Virus record (IMG/VR): IMGVR_UViG_3300018428_000023
Coordinates: 1-58,038 of that record
Strand: one strand, 5' to 3'
Source of the DNA: a virus
Lineage: Duplodnaviria; Caudoviricetes
DNA length: 58,038 nucleotides
A program made the position numbers and the translations under genes. Each line of letters opens with the position of its first letter. Position 1 is the stretch's first letter. The notes below the pieces were generated by a model, which worked only from the letters and a program-made list of their open reading frames with translations, did not search any database and had not been told where the DNA came from. Below are positions 27,465-35,780 of the stretch, piece after piece.

Positions 27465-28436
27465 TTACTTTAGTTCATTTATAAAATAAATAACATCTCC
27501 TACAAAAACAGAACCTCCATCTGCTCCAATATTTACTTGCAAACCCCAATCAATTAAATCTTGATCTACATAAAATTGAAACATTTCATGAAAGTTTTGA
27601 ACTGTTCCATTTCCTTTATAGAAACCAATGCTTTTACCAAGTCTAGAATAATCTCCTTGAGCTGTAAATGCAATATCTATATGAGTTTGATTTGCATTTG
27701 GTGCAGATGCTTTAAATACAACAGTAAGCGTGTACACCTTATTTTTATCACTTTGACTAAACTCAAATCTTCCATTAGTATAATGAAAAGGATTAAACCC
27801 ACTCATAATAGTACTATATAGAACATTTATTGGTTGAAAAAAAGCTCCATCATTGATAGTGAACTGTGTACCGTTGTCAAAGGATTCATAGAAATCATAT
27901 CTAGCCCAAGCCGGAGGACCTGACGGTGCTGATATTTGATTAACACTTAAATCTATTTCTGTTACACTTTGTTGAATTTGAACAGAACCATCACTGGATG
28001 TGATAGATCTAAATCTTAAATCTTCACCAGACTTGTTTACAAAGACACCGGCTCCTTCTCCTAGATTACTAGCAGTGTTTGGTTCACCGGTTGTAGAAAT
28101 CTCAATTTCATTATTGTTTAGAGTAACAGATAAATTGTTACCCGTACTGCACAAGCTTCTAAGATTAACAGAAGCCGGTGCTGTAGTAGTGTTTTTATAA
28201 ATACCTACAGGATTAGTTCCTGTTCCATTATTAATGTTGGTATATGTAACATTACTAGAGGCGTCAATAAGGTCTTTAACCTTAATTAACTTAGCACTCT
28301 TATAAGGAATAGGAGATGCAACACCCAACATATCAGGTTCTTCATGTCTACCAAGTACAACAAGATCATCCGGAGTTGCTTCCGTTACAAATTGTTTTCT
28401 CTTAAAGAGGCTTAATATGTCAGTTAGTATTTGCAT
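27465..28436 (-). CDS. Virion fibre/decoration-like protein
   Basis: N-terminus resembles the 1128-aa fibre; LRFRSI/VNLRSL-type repeats; beta-sandwich-like C-terminus. Confidence 0.6.
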   Translation of the reverse strand: MQILTDILSLFKRKQFVTEATPDDLVVLGRHEEPDMLGVASPIPYKSAKLIKVKDLIDASSNVTYTNINNGTGTNPVGIYKNTTTAPASVNLRSLCSTGNNLSVTLNNNEIEISTTGEPNTASNLGEGAGVFVNKSGEDLRFRSITSSDGSVQIQQSVTEIDLSVNQISAPSGPPAWARYDFYESFDNGTQFTINDGAFFQPINVLYSTIMSGFNPFHYTNGRFEFSQSDKNKVYTLTVVFKASAPNANQTHIDIAFTAQGDYSRLGKSIGFYKGNGTVQNFHEMFQFYVDQDLIDWGLQVNIGADGGSVFVGDVIYFINELK

Positions 28437-28712
28437 TTACTTCTTTCTTTTTGTAGGTCCTGAGTATGTATTTCTACCTGATGTACCGCCTATTTTCATT
28501 TTTTTCATTTTTTCTTTGCCGTAACCATATTTCTCTGCACCATATCTCATTTTATCTGCAGCCATTTCAGCAAAGTCTAACATACCGCCAGCTTTCATAA
28601 GTAGTTTTTCACCACCAGCTTTCATATAACCCATTTTGTTACGTACTGCAGTTGAAAGACTTCTTAGGCCATTGTATTTTTTACCTGCTGGTACTTTTTT
28701 CATATTTCCCAT
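28437..28712 (-). CDS. Small basic Met/Lys-rich protein with KxGG repeats
   Basis: MKAGG twice, MKIGG once. Confidence 0.7.
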   Translation of the reverse strand: MGNMKKVPAGKKYNGLRSLSTAVRNKMGYMKAGGEKLLMKAGGMLDFAEMAADKMRYGAEKYGYGKEKMKKMKIGGTSGRNTYSGPTKRKK

Positions 28713-28713
28713 T

Positions 28714-28860
28714 TTATTCTATATCTAATGTTAGTGTCATAATAAATAAATACAACTTAATGGTTGTATAATTAAAGTCTTCATTTGGTCTCATATAATC
28801 CCAACCAAGAGCAAGTCTATCATGGGGCCAGTGAAACGCTATTTCTAGTTGCCAATTCAT
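28714..28860 (-). CDS. 48-aa beta-strand-rich small protein
   Basis: MNWQLEIAFHWPHDRLALGWDYMRPNEDFNYTTIKLYLFIMTLTLDIE; fills the gap exactly; not in the ORF track. Confidence 0.7.
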   Translation of the reverse strand: MNWQLEIAFHWPHDRLALGWDYMRPNEDFNYTTIKLYLFIMTLTLDIE

Positions 28861-28991
28861 TTTCCTTGACCTCTATATCTTTTTTTATAATTAGTGCTGT
28901 TCTTGCTTTTACTAGATTTAGTCTTTGCATGAACACCAGGTCTTTTGGTTTTAGGTTTTCTTTCATAAACCCCGCCTACTAGCTTTGCCAT
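28857..28991 (-). CDS. 44-aa basic peptide ending YRGQGK
   Basis: MAKLVGGVYERKPKTKRPGVHAKTKSSKSKNSTNYKKRYRGQGK; TAATG and ATGA overlaps; not in the ORF track. Confidence 0.7.
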   Translation of the reverse strand: MAKLVGGVYERKPKTKRPGVHAKTKSSKSKNSTNYKKRYRGQGK

Positions 28992-29236
28992 TACTCTTGA
29001 TCTTTTTTATTACCCCAAATCTTATCCACAGAAGCAAGACCTAAAGTACCAAAGGCTAAAGCCGCAACTGCATTTATTAAAATAGGAGAAGGAGCAATAT
29101 GCTCCTCAGTAAATTGGTTAGCAAATAATGTAACACACAAAGAAATCCCAGATAGGATTCCAATAAATCTCTTAGAAGATGGGGTTCCCTTCTCATCTTT
29201 AAGAAGACCGCTCAACCAACTTATAATCTTTTTCAT
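28991..29236 (-). CDS. Holin-like two-TM protein
   Basis: PSSKRFIG followed by two hydrophobic segments and a charged tail. Confidence 0.55.
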   Translation of the reverse strand: MKKIISWLSGLLKDEKGTPSSKRFIGILSGISLCVTLFANQFTEEHIAPSPILINAVAALAFGTLGLASVDKIWGNKKDQE

Positions 29237-29487
29237 TGTTTCTTTTTTCTTGGTCTACCTTTACGTTTGTTGCCTTTAGCTGCATCTACAACATCTTTGC
29301 TTTGCTCTACAGCTTCTTTAACAGCTTCTTTAACATCTGCCAATTCTTCTTTAACTCTTTTGGCTCTCTGTTTAACTTCTTTTACAGCTTCAATAGCTTG
29401 TTCATCAACAGTAGTCTTAGACCAGATCCAATCCCAACCTTTTTTAAGTGAAAAATTCCAGATGCTGTTTAATACTTTTTTAATCAT
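29233..29487 (-). CDS. Amphipathic coiled-coil protein with basic tail
   Basis: Trp-rich N-terminus, xVKEAVKE heptads, KRKGRPRKKK tail. Confidence 0.65.
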   Translation of the reverse strand: MIKKVLNSIWNFSLKKGWDWIWSKTTVDEQAIEAVKEVKQRAKRVKEELADVKEAVKEAVEQSKDVVDAAKGNKRKGRPRKKKQ

Positions 29488-29551
29488 TTTATTATATTAA
29501 TGGTTACTCTATAAATATAAGAAATTTTTAAATCATTTCAAAATCACAGAG

Positions 29552-29860
29552 TTACAGGTTCTTTAGTCTTTCATTTTCTTTTTCTAAAAATTCCACCTTA
29601 ACCCTTAAGGAGTGGACTTCCGCAGTCAACGCTAATACTTGCTCTCTCATCTCATCTTTCTCTTGTGAAGACTTAGACAAGAGCTCTTCAAGATTGCGGA
29701 CTCTATGTTTTAGGTCATCTCTATATTGCACACCGTCACTATTTATATGGTCAAATTTTTCTTTTTCTTTATTTTCTTTATATCGTGTTGATATGAATTG
29801 CCATATTCCCGTTGAACCAGCAACAGTTATGACCGTGATAATTATTTCTGTGAAATCCAT
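29552..29860 (-). CDS. N-terminal TM plus coiled-coil protein (holin/lysis-like)
   Basis: IIITVITVAGSTGIWQF followed by a long heptad region. Confidence 0.6.
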   Translation of the reverse strand: MDFTEIIITVITVAGSTGIWQFISTRYKENKEKEKFDHINSDGVQYRDDLKHRVRNLEELLSKSSQEKDEMREQVLALTAEVHSLRVKVEFLEKENERLKNL

Positions 29861-29906
29861 TTGTCAAATACTTATAAATAAAAAAAGATAGGGAGTACAA
29901 AATCAT

Positions 29907-29914
29907 TATATTTG
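29907..29914 (+). promoter_or_regulatory. Possible Bacteroidetes-type -7 element (TATATTTG) in the divergent region
   Basis: Consensus match 76 nt before ATG 29991; lies inside an inverted repeat. Confidence 0.4.
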
Positions 29915-29990
29915 TACACTATCTACATATAATATACAAAATCTACAGCAGATTTTGAAACCTTAAACTCAGAAACTTTAAATTTTAAAT

Positions 29991-30179
29991 ATGAAACCAA
30001 CAAACGTATCATTTAACCACAAAACAATGTGGACCATTTTACCAGGTCAACCCATGCTTGGATTTCAAATCATCAACAATGAAGTGCTTTGTGAAGATGA
30101 TCAATGGAGACGCATGTATGGAATTGTTATAGGTTTATTTTTTATCAAGTTTGAATACGCCAACATTATCTGGAAATAA
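29991..30179 (+). CDS. 62-aa beta-strand-rich small protein
   Basis: PMLGFQII...YGIVIGLFFIKFEY alternating hydrophobic pattern. Confidence 0.6.
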   Translation: MKPTNVSFNHKTMWTILPGQPMLGFQIINNEVLCEDDQWRRMYGIVIGLFFIKFEYANIIWK

Positions 30180-30235
30180 TCAAACTTCCTTTAGGAAGCC
30201 TCATCAATTTTTTGTAAATTGATTATACATTAACC

Positions 30236-30279
30236 GCTATGCAGAAAGCCTTATTGGTAACACTGCATAGCTTTTTTTT
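30236..30279 (+). terminator. Terminator/attenuator-like hairpin in the nrdB leader
   Basis: GCTATGCAG/CTGCATAGC around an 18-nt interior, then T8; ends 27 nt before the nrdB ATG. Confidence 0.65.
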
Positions 30280-30306
30280 CTCTAACTGATTTTAAATAAG
30301 AACATT

Positions 30307-31287
30307 ATGACAAGAAACATTTTTATGGCCAGGGAAAACATCCTTCCCTATGAATATCCCAGTCTGTTAGAATATAAGGACGCTATTAGACATTCTTACT
30401 GGATTGACACAGAATATAACTTTACTACAGATATAGATGATTTTAAAATTAAAGTGTCTGATGAGGAGCGTGAAGTAATTAAAAGAACCATGCTTGCAAT
30501 TGCTCAAATTGAGGTTAATGTGAAAACTTTTTGGGCAGACCTTTATAAGAGGATGCCAATTACAGAGATTGGAGATGTAGGAATGACCTTTGCAGAATCT
30601 GAGGTCCGCCATAAAGATGCATATGCTAGACTATTAAGAATCTTAGGATTGGAGGAAGAGTTTAAAACTGTAGTTGAAATTCCTGCAATCAAAGGTAGAA
30701 TTAGCTACCTTAAAAAGTATCTTGATGGATCTCGCAGTAGAGATAATAGAATGTATACTAAGTCCGTTCTTTTATTCTCACTGTTTATAGAGCATGTTAG
30801 TTTGTTTAGCCAGTTTTTAATCATGATGTCTTTTAACAAAGAGAAGAATATCTTTAAAGGTATCTCTAATGTTGTTGAAGCAACAAGTAAAGAAGAAGAC
30901 ATTCATGGTAACTTTGGTGTAGAGATTATTAATATTATCAAATCTGAGAACCCAGATTGGTTTGATGAAGAGTTTGATCATATTATTTACTCTGCTTGTA
31001 ACAAAGCATACATTGCTGAGTGTGGTATCTTAGATTGGATCTTTGAAGAAGGTGAGCTTGAGTTCTTACCAAAAGAAACAATTAAACATTTTATCATGAA
31101 CCGTTTTAATAACTCACTAAAGAAGATTGGTATGGAGCCTTTCTTTGAGGTTGATGCTGATTTGTTAGCTTCAACAAAATGGTTTGATGTTGAGATTACT
31201 GCTACCAAAGAAGGAGATTTCTTTTACAAAAAGCAAATTGATTACAACAAGAAAAGTAAAAGCATAACCGTTGATGATTTATTCTAA
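30307..31287 (+). CDS. nrdB: Ribonucleotide reductase class I beta subunit
   Basis: Dimetal ligands QIE, ESEVRH, IEHVSLF, KEEDIH; radical Tyr in HKDAY; DFF..Y tail. Confidence 0.95.
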   Translation: MTRNIFMARENILPYEYPSLLEYKDAIRHSYWIDTEYNFTTDIDDFKIKVSDEEREVIKRTMLAIAQIEVNVKTFWADLYKRMPITEIGDVGMTFAESEVRHKDAYARLLRILGLEEEFKTVVEIPAIKGRISYLKKYLDGSRSRDNRMYTKSVLLFSLFIEHVSLFSQFLIMMSFNKEKNIFKGISNVVEATSKEEDIHGNFGVEIINIIKSENPDWFDEEFDHIIYSACNKAYIAECGILDWIFEEGELEFLPKETIKHFIMNRFNNSLKKIGMEPFFEVDADLLASTKWFDVEITATKEGDFFYKKQIDYNKKSKSITVDDLF

Positions 31288-31291
31288 GAAA

Positions 31292-32917
31292 ATGAGTTAT
31301 AAGAAATACTATTGGCTTAATGAGGAGAGCCGCACCTTTTTATCAAGAGGTTATATAAATGAAAGTCCTGAACAAAGAATTAAAGACATTGCAAACACAG
31401 CTGAAAAGTATCTTAAAATTGAGGGTTTTGCTCAGAAGTTTGAAGATTACATGGCTCGTGGTTTTTACAGTTTGTCTACTCCTGTATGGATTAACTTCGG
31501 TAAGCAAAAAGGTTTACCTATTAGTTGCTATGGTTCTAATGTGGATGATACTTTAGATAGCATCCTTAATGCTGGTCGTGAGATTGGTATGATGTCTAAA
31601 TATGGTGGAGGCACTAGTGTATTTCTAGGAAACATTAGAGAGCGTGGTGCTACTATATCAACCGGTGGTACTGCAGATGGACCAGTTCACTATGCTAGAA
31701 TCTATGATACTGTTGTTGATGTGTGTAAACAATCAGAAGCAAGACGCGGTGCTTGTGCTGCTTGGTTGCCAGTAGAACATCCAGATATCTTAGAGTTCTT
31801 AGATATTGGTAGTGAGGGTAATCCTATTCAAAACTTACAGTATGGTATTACAGTAGGTGATGCTTGGTTACAAGAAATGAAAGAAGGAGATGCTGACAAA
31901 CGTAAAGTATGGGCAAAGATTATTCAGAGGCGTAATGAGTTTGGGTTTCCTTACATTATGTTTAAAGATAACTCTAACAATAACTCTCCTTATAAAGAGT
32001 TAGGTCTAGAGATTACAGCATCTAATTTATGCTCTGAAATCCAGTTGCCTACAGATAGTTACAATTCATTTGTATGCTGTCTTGGTTCTTTAAACCTATT
32101 ACACTGGGAGGAGATTAAGGAGACTGATGCCATTGAAATCTATGTAATGTTCTTGAATGCTGTTATGGATGAGTTTATTACAAAATCTTCTACATTACCA
32201 GGATTAAAAAGAGCTTATAGATTTGCTAGTCAACACAGAGCTATTGGTCTTGGTGTTCTTGGTTATCATTCTTTCTTACAATCTAACCTGATTGAGTTTG
32301 AATCTCTAGAGGCTAAGATGTGGAATAACCAAATCTTTAAGATTATTAAAGATAAAAGTGATGAAACATCTAAGTGGCTACATGAGTATAAAGGTTACAC
32401 ATCTTTGAGAGACGGTTATGCAAATACAACGTTGCTTGCAATTGCACCAACTAAATCAAGCTCATTTATTCATGGTCAAGTGTCTATGGGTATTGAACCT
32501 ATTAAATCTAACTACTTTATAAAAGATCTTGCCAAGAGTAAGACAGTATATAAAAATCCATTCTTGGAAGCTGAGTTAGAAAAACATGGTTTGAATACTG
32601 AAGAAACTTGGGATAGCATTCTAAAGAAAGATGGTTCAGTCCAACACTTAAACTTTCCAACTAAGGAAGTGTTTAAATCATTTATTGAAATCACACCAAA
32701 AGAGATTATTCTCCAGGCAGCTCAGAGACAAAAGTATATTGATCAGGCACAGTCATTAAACTTAATGATTCATCCTAGCGTACCTGCAAAAGATATTAAT
32801 CAATTGTATTTGTACGCCCATGAGATGGGTGTTAAAACACTATACTATCAATTTAGTCAAAGCTCTGCCCAGGCATTCTCTAGAAATATTTTAGAGTGTG
32901 CAAGCTGTGAAGGATAA
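31292..32917 (+). CDS. nrdA: Ribonucleotide reductase class I alpha subunit (short, no ATP cone)
   Basis: PISCY, GGGTS, SNLCSEI, AIAPT, KTLYY, C-terminal CASCEG; ATG at 31292. Confidence 0.95.
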   Translation: MSYKKYYWLNEESRTFLSRGYINESPEQRIKDIANTAEKYLKIEGFAQKFEDYMARGFYSLSTPVWINFGKQKGLPISCYGSNVDDTLDSILNAGREIGMMSKYGGGTSVFLGNIRERGATISTGGTADGPVHYARIYDTVVDVCKQSEARRGACAAWLPVEHPDILEFLDIGSEGNPIQNLQYGITVGDAWLQEMKEGDADKRKVWAKIIQRRNEFGFPYIMFKDNSNNNSPYKELGLEITASNLCSEIQLPTDSYNSFVCCLGSLNLLHWEEIKETDAIEIYVMFLNAVMDEFITKSSTLPGLKRAYRFASQHRAIGLGVLGYHSFLQSNLIEFESLEAKMWNNQIFKIIKDKSDETSKWLHEYKGYTSLRDGYANTTLLAIAPTKSSSFIHGQVSMGIEPIKSNYFIKDLAKSKTVYKNPFLEAELEKHGLNTEETWDSILKKDGSVQHLNFPTKEVFKSFIEITPKEIILQAAQRQKYIDQAQSLNLMIHPSVPAKDINQLYLYAHEMGVKTLYYQFSQSSAQAFSRNILECASCEG

Positions 32918-32921
32918 AAGT

Positions 32922-32956
32922 AAGGGGAGAGCCTTATAACTCTCCCCCCTTTTTTT
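32922..32956. terminator. Intrinsic terminator between convergent genes
   Basis: GGGGAGAG-CCTTATAA-CTCTCCCC followed by CCTTTTTTT. Confidence 0.85.
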
Positions 32957-33437
32957 ATATTATTTTTCTAAAGGAAAGTTGGATTAATTCTCTACTAGAT
33001 GATGTAATTGAAGGTTCAAATGAAAATTCTTCTTTTAATTGAATATGGGCATAAATTGTTGTAGGTGTCTTGTAATATCCGTTTTTTGGAAGGGGACCTA
33101 ATAACCAAAGCGGAGCAATTCCTACTCTAATTTTATCGTTTAATTGATATTCTACTTGAACTAATCTAAGTCTGAATTGAGTATTCATTTGATATGTAGA
33201 ATCCCCACCCTTATAACTTTCAGTAGTAAATAAATTCACTAACTCAGCTCGGGGGCCAAATTTAAATTTACCATAAGTAAATTCTTTTTCTATACTAATA
33301 GATAGAGAATTGTAGTATGAAACATTTACTGCCATCTCTACAAAAACACCTTCAGATTTAGGAATTGTATCTTTTTCTTTTGCAGAAACAAATAATGAAG
33401 AGAATAACACAAAGCATGAAAGGATAAAATATTTCAT
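32955..33437 (-). CDS. Signal-peptide protein with amphipathic beta strands (outer-membrane-like)
   Basis: MKYFILSCFVLFSSLFVSA|KE signal; alternating strands such as FRLRLVQVEYQL and IQLSFRKII. Confidence 0.55.
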   Translation of the reverse strand: MKYFILSCFVLFSSLFVSAKEKDTIPKSEGVFVEMAVNVSYYNSLSISIEKEFTYGKFKFGPRAELVNLFTTESYKGGDSTYQMNTQFRLRLVQVEYQLNDKIRVGIAPLWLLGPLPKNGYYKTPTTIYAHIQLKEEFSFEPSITSSSRELIQLSFRKII

Positions 33438-33492
33438 AATAGAGAGATTTATATATATATAATATATGTATAAGTAAGGGTAGTTTATCCAT

Positions 33493-33500
33493 TACATTTG
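33493..33500 (+). promoter_or_regulatory. Bacteroidetes-type -7 element (TACATTTG) upstream of the two-component operon
   Basis: TAnnTTTG match in the divergent intergenic region. Confidence 0.45.
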
Positions 33501-33567
33501 TCAAAAACCAGTCAAATAAGCGGCTGACCCTTCTTGTTTTGCAAGCTTAAAAATTGTATATTATTAT

Positions 33568-33678
33568 ATGGATGCATATGAATACTTTAAAACAAAAGAA
33601 TTTAAATCTTTAGGCTTGCCTAAAAAAATATGGTTACGCTTGCAGGTTGCATTCTTTGAAACTATACAAATGTTATGA
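33568..33678 (+). CDS. 36-aa leader protein of the two-component operon
   Basis: MDAYEYFKTKEFKSLGLPKKIWLRLQVAFFETIQML; ATGA overlap with the next gene; not in the ORF track. Confidence 0.6.
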   Translation: MDAYEYFKTKEFKSLGLPKKIWLRLQVAFFETIQML

Positions 33679-33863
33679 AAAACTTTTCTTCTATAAGAGC
33701 AGTGTACCTATTGATGTCTTTAGTTCTATTGATGGGTTTATTGCTTAAAAATTGGTATGTAATATTATTTGTAGTTGTTATGCTACAAGTGGGTGTGTGG
33801 ACAAAGTTTTGTCCCAGCAAATGGCTTTTTGAAAAACTTGGTTTCCGTAAGAGTGATTTGTAA
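33675..33863 (+). CDS. YgaP-like/DUF2892 two-TM membrane protein
   Basis: RAVYLLMSLVLLMG...VGVWTKFCPSKWLFEKLG: two TMs followed by the conserved CP motif. Confidence 0.7.
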   Translation: MKNFSSIRAVYLLMSLVLLMGLLLKNWYVILFVVVMLQVGVWTKFCPSKWLFEKLGFRKSDL

Positions 33864-34768
33864 TGGGTGCTTTACAGGGTATATCAAAAAAGAGTAGAAT
33901 ATCTTTACTTATTGCTGTCATTATTATGATAGCGTTTTTTGGTGTAGAAACTTGTATTGTATTTGGTCTTTGTGAACCCAGTTATTTTTTAGCCGGTTTT
34001 GGATATGCTTGTATTATTGGTTTTATGCCACCCTTTTTTATAGTAGTAGTTGAATTTTTACAACAAAAAAAAGCAACACTGTCAAGCTTATCACAAAAAA
34101 ATATATACCTAGAACATGCAGCAAAAATCATTAGACATGATATGCACAGTGGTATCAATACTTACCTACCGAGAGGAATCAAGTCCCTTAACCGCAGACT
34201 TACTGAAGAAAATATTGAAGAACTCAGAATCAAAGCACCGCTGCAATTAATTACAGATGGTTTACATCATGCTCAAAAAGTGTATGCTGGTGTATATGAG
34301 TTTACAAATTTGGTAAAAGAGAACGCTGTCTTAAACACAGAAACTTGCAATCCAAAAAAAATATTAATTGACTATCTTAGGTTAACTGCTTATAAAAATC
34401 AAGTAATATTAGATGACAGTTTACCAGAATCATTAGAATTAAATGAAGCATTGTTTTGTACTGCTATAGATAATTTAATTCGTAATGGTCTTAAGTATAA
34501 TGATAGCCCAACTAAATGGGTTAAAATATATCATGAAGGATCTTACCATACTGGTTCATTTATTGTGGTGGAAGATAACGGTCGTGGTATAACACAAGAA
34601 GAATTTATAGAATTAAGTAGACCTTATGCCAGAAAAGAAGGCCAACAAGAACAAGGCACAGGGTTGGGCTTAAACATATGTATTGAAATATTAAAAGAAC
34701 ATGGATTTAAAATATCCGCAGAAAAGAAATTAAAAGAAACTGGAACCAAAATAAAAATTGAATTATGA
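33863..34768 (+). CDS. Membrane-bound sensor histidine kinase
   Basis: Two N-terminal TMs; H-box IRHDMHS; N-box IDNLIRNGLKY; G1 EDNGRG; G2 GTGLGLNI. Confidence 0.92.
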   Translation: MGALQGISKKSRISLLIAVIIMIAFFGVETCIVFGLCEPSYFLAGFGYACIIGFMPPFFIVVVEFLQQKKATLSSLSQKNIYLEHAAKIIRHDMHSGINTYLPRGIKSLNRRLTEENIEELRIKAPLQLITDGLHHAQKVYAGVYEFTNLVKENAVLNTETCNPKKILIDYLRLTAYKNQVILDDSLPESLELNEALFCTAIDNLIRNGLKYNDSPTKWVKIYHEGSYHTGSFIVVEDNGRGITQEEFIELSRPYARKEGQQEQGTGLGLNICIEILKEHGFKISAEKKLKETGTKIKIEL

Positions 34769-35202
34769 TTAATACATTAATGTTAATTGATGATGAGAAT
34801 CTATTCCACCTAGTATTTGAGGATGCGTGCTCTCTACTAGATATGGCCTTATCTATTGAAGCCCTTGATAGCTCTGATGAAGCAGATGCTAAATTTAAAA
34901 AATGGTTTCCTGATGATCCTGATCATGAAAGACCTGAGTGTGTGTTTGTTGATCTTAATATCATTGGGTCTTCTTATGATGGTATTGAAATGATTAGAAA
35001 GGTAAACCATGAGTATGGTAATGGTTGCGTTATTGGCATTATCTCCTCTTCTTCTGATACACAAGAGATTGAGAAAGCCAAAAAGGTAGGCGCACAATTC
35101 TGGATTATTAAGTCTGATGACATTGAACCACGTCTTGAAGAGTTTATGAAAGACTATGATGGATATGTTAAAAAGACAGCACCTTTTAAAATATATAAGT
35201 GA
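34765..35202 (+). CDS. Stand-alone response regulator receiver (CheY-like)
   Basis: LIDDE acidic pocket, phosphoacceptor VFVDLN, IISSS, WIIK; no output domain. Confidence 0.9.
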   Translation: MINTLMLIDDENLFHLVFEDACSLLDMALSIEALDSSDEADAKFKKWFPDDPDHERPECVFVDLNIIGSSYDGIEMIRKVNHEYGNGCVIGIISSSSDTQEIEKAKKVGAQFWIIKSDDIEPRLEEFMKDYDGYVKKTAPFKIYK

Positions 35203-35780
35203 TTGAAATAACTGAACATACAAGGAACGTACTATTAGAGGTTGCCAAAAAGAAAAAGATATATGTTGAAGGCAGCTTTCTAAAACTATTACGTGCACCC
35301 AAAGATGATCAGGAATTTGCAGATTACTTAGAGCTTTGTAAAAAAAAGGATACAGATGCTCGTAGAAAAAGACTTCAAGTAACAAAACAAGTACAGGCTC
35401 AGAATAAAGAGCTTGAAGCTAAACAAAAGGAAAATGAAACCTTAATGATTGAACTTGAAGCAGCTTTAGAAGAGGCACAAAAATTAAAAGAACAAGCTGA
35501 AGCCGGAATGGATAAAGCACTAGAGGATTTGGATCTAATGCAAAAGCGTAGTCAGTTTGAGCTTATAGGTACTATTGTGAGAGTAGCACTAGTTATAATT
35601 GTAGGTGTAGGTGTTCTTACTACTGTAATGTATGGTCTTGCTTTAGTGTCGGGTACTGATACTCAGATAATTGGGAGTACCTGGTCTAACATGTTTGGTA
35701 TATTATTAACCAACGCGTTTAGTATTGTAGGTACTATAATGGGTGTAAAGTATGCAACAGAAAAATCAGAAGACAAATGA
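35199..35780 (+). CDS. Coiled-coil protein with two C-terminal TMs
   Basis: Long heptad region, then VALVIIVGVGVLTTVMYGLALV and MFGILLTNAFSIVGTIMGV; overlap-coupled to the receiver gene. Confidence 0.75.
   Translation: MIEITEHTRNVLLEVAKKKKIYVEGSFLKLLRAPKDDQEFADYLELCKKKDTDARRKRLQVTKQVQAQNKELEAKQKENETLMIELEAALEEAQKLKEQAEAGMDKALEDLDLMQKRSQFELIGTIVRVALVIIVGVGVLTTVMYGLALVSGTDTQIIGSTWSNMFGILLTNAFSIVGTIMGVKYATEKSEDK

Noticed and set aside
16266-32917. Inteins or introns in polB, nrdA or nrdB
   Set aside because: The proteins are compact with contiguous motifs; no intein termini or homing endonuclease are evident
33449-33472. (AT)n microsatellite or phase-variation tract
   Set aside because: Short and imperfect in an AT-rich intergenic region; better read as part of a promoter-like motif
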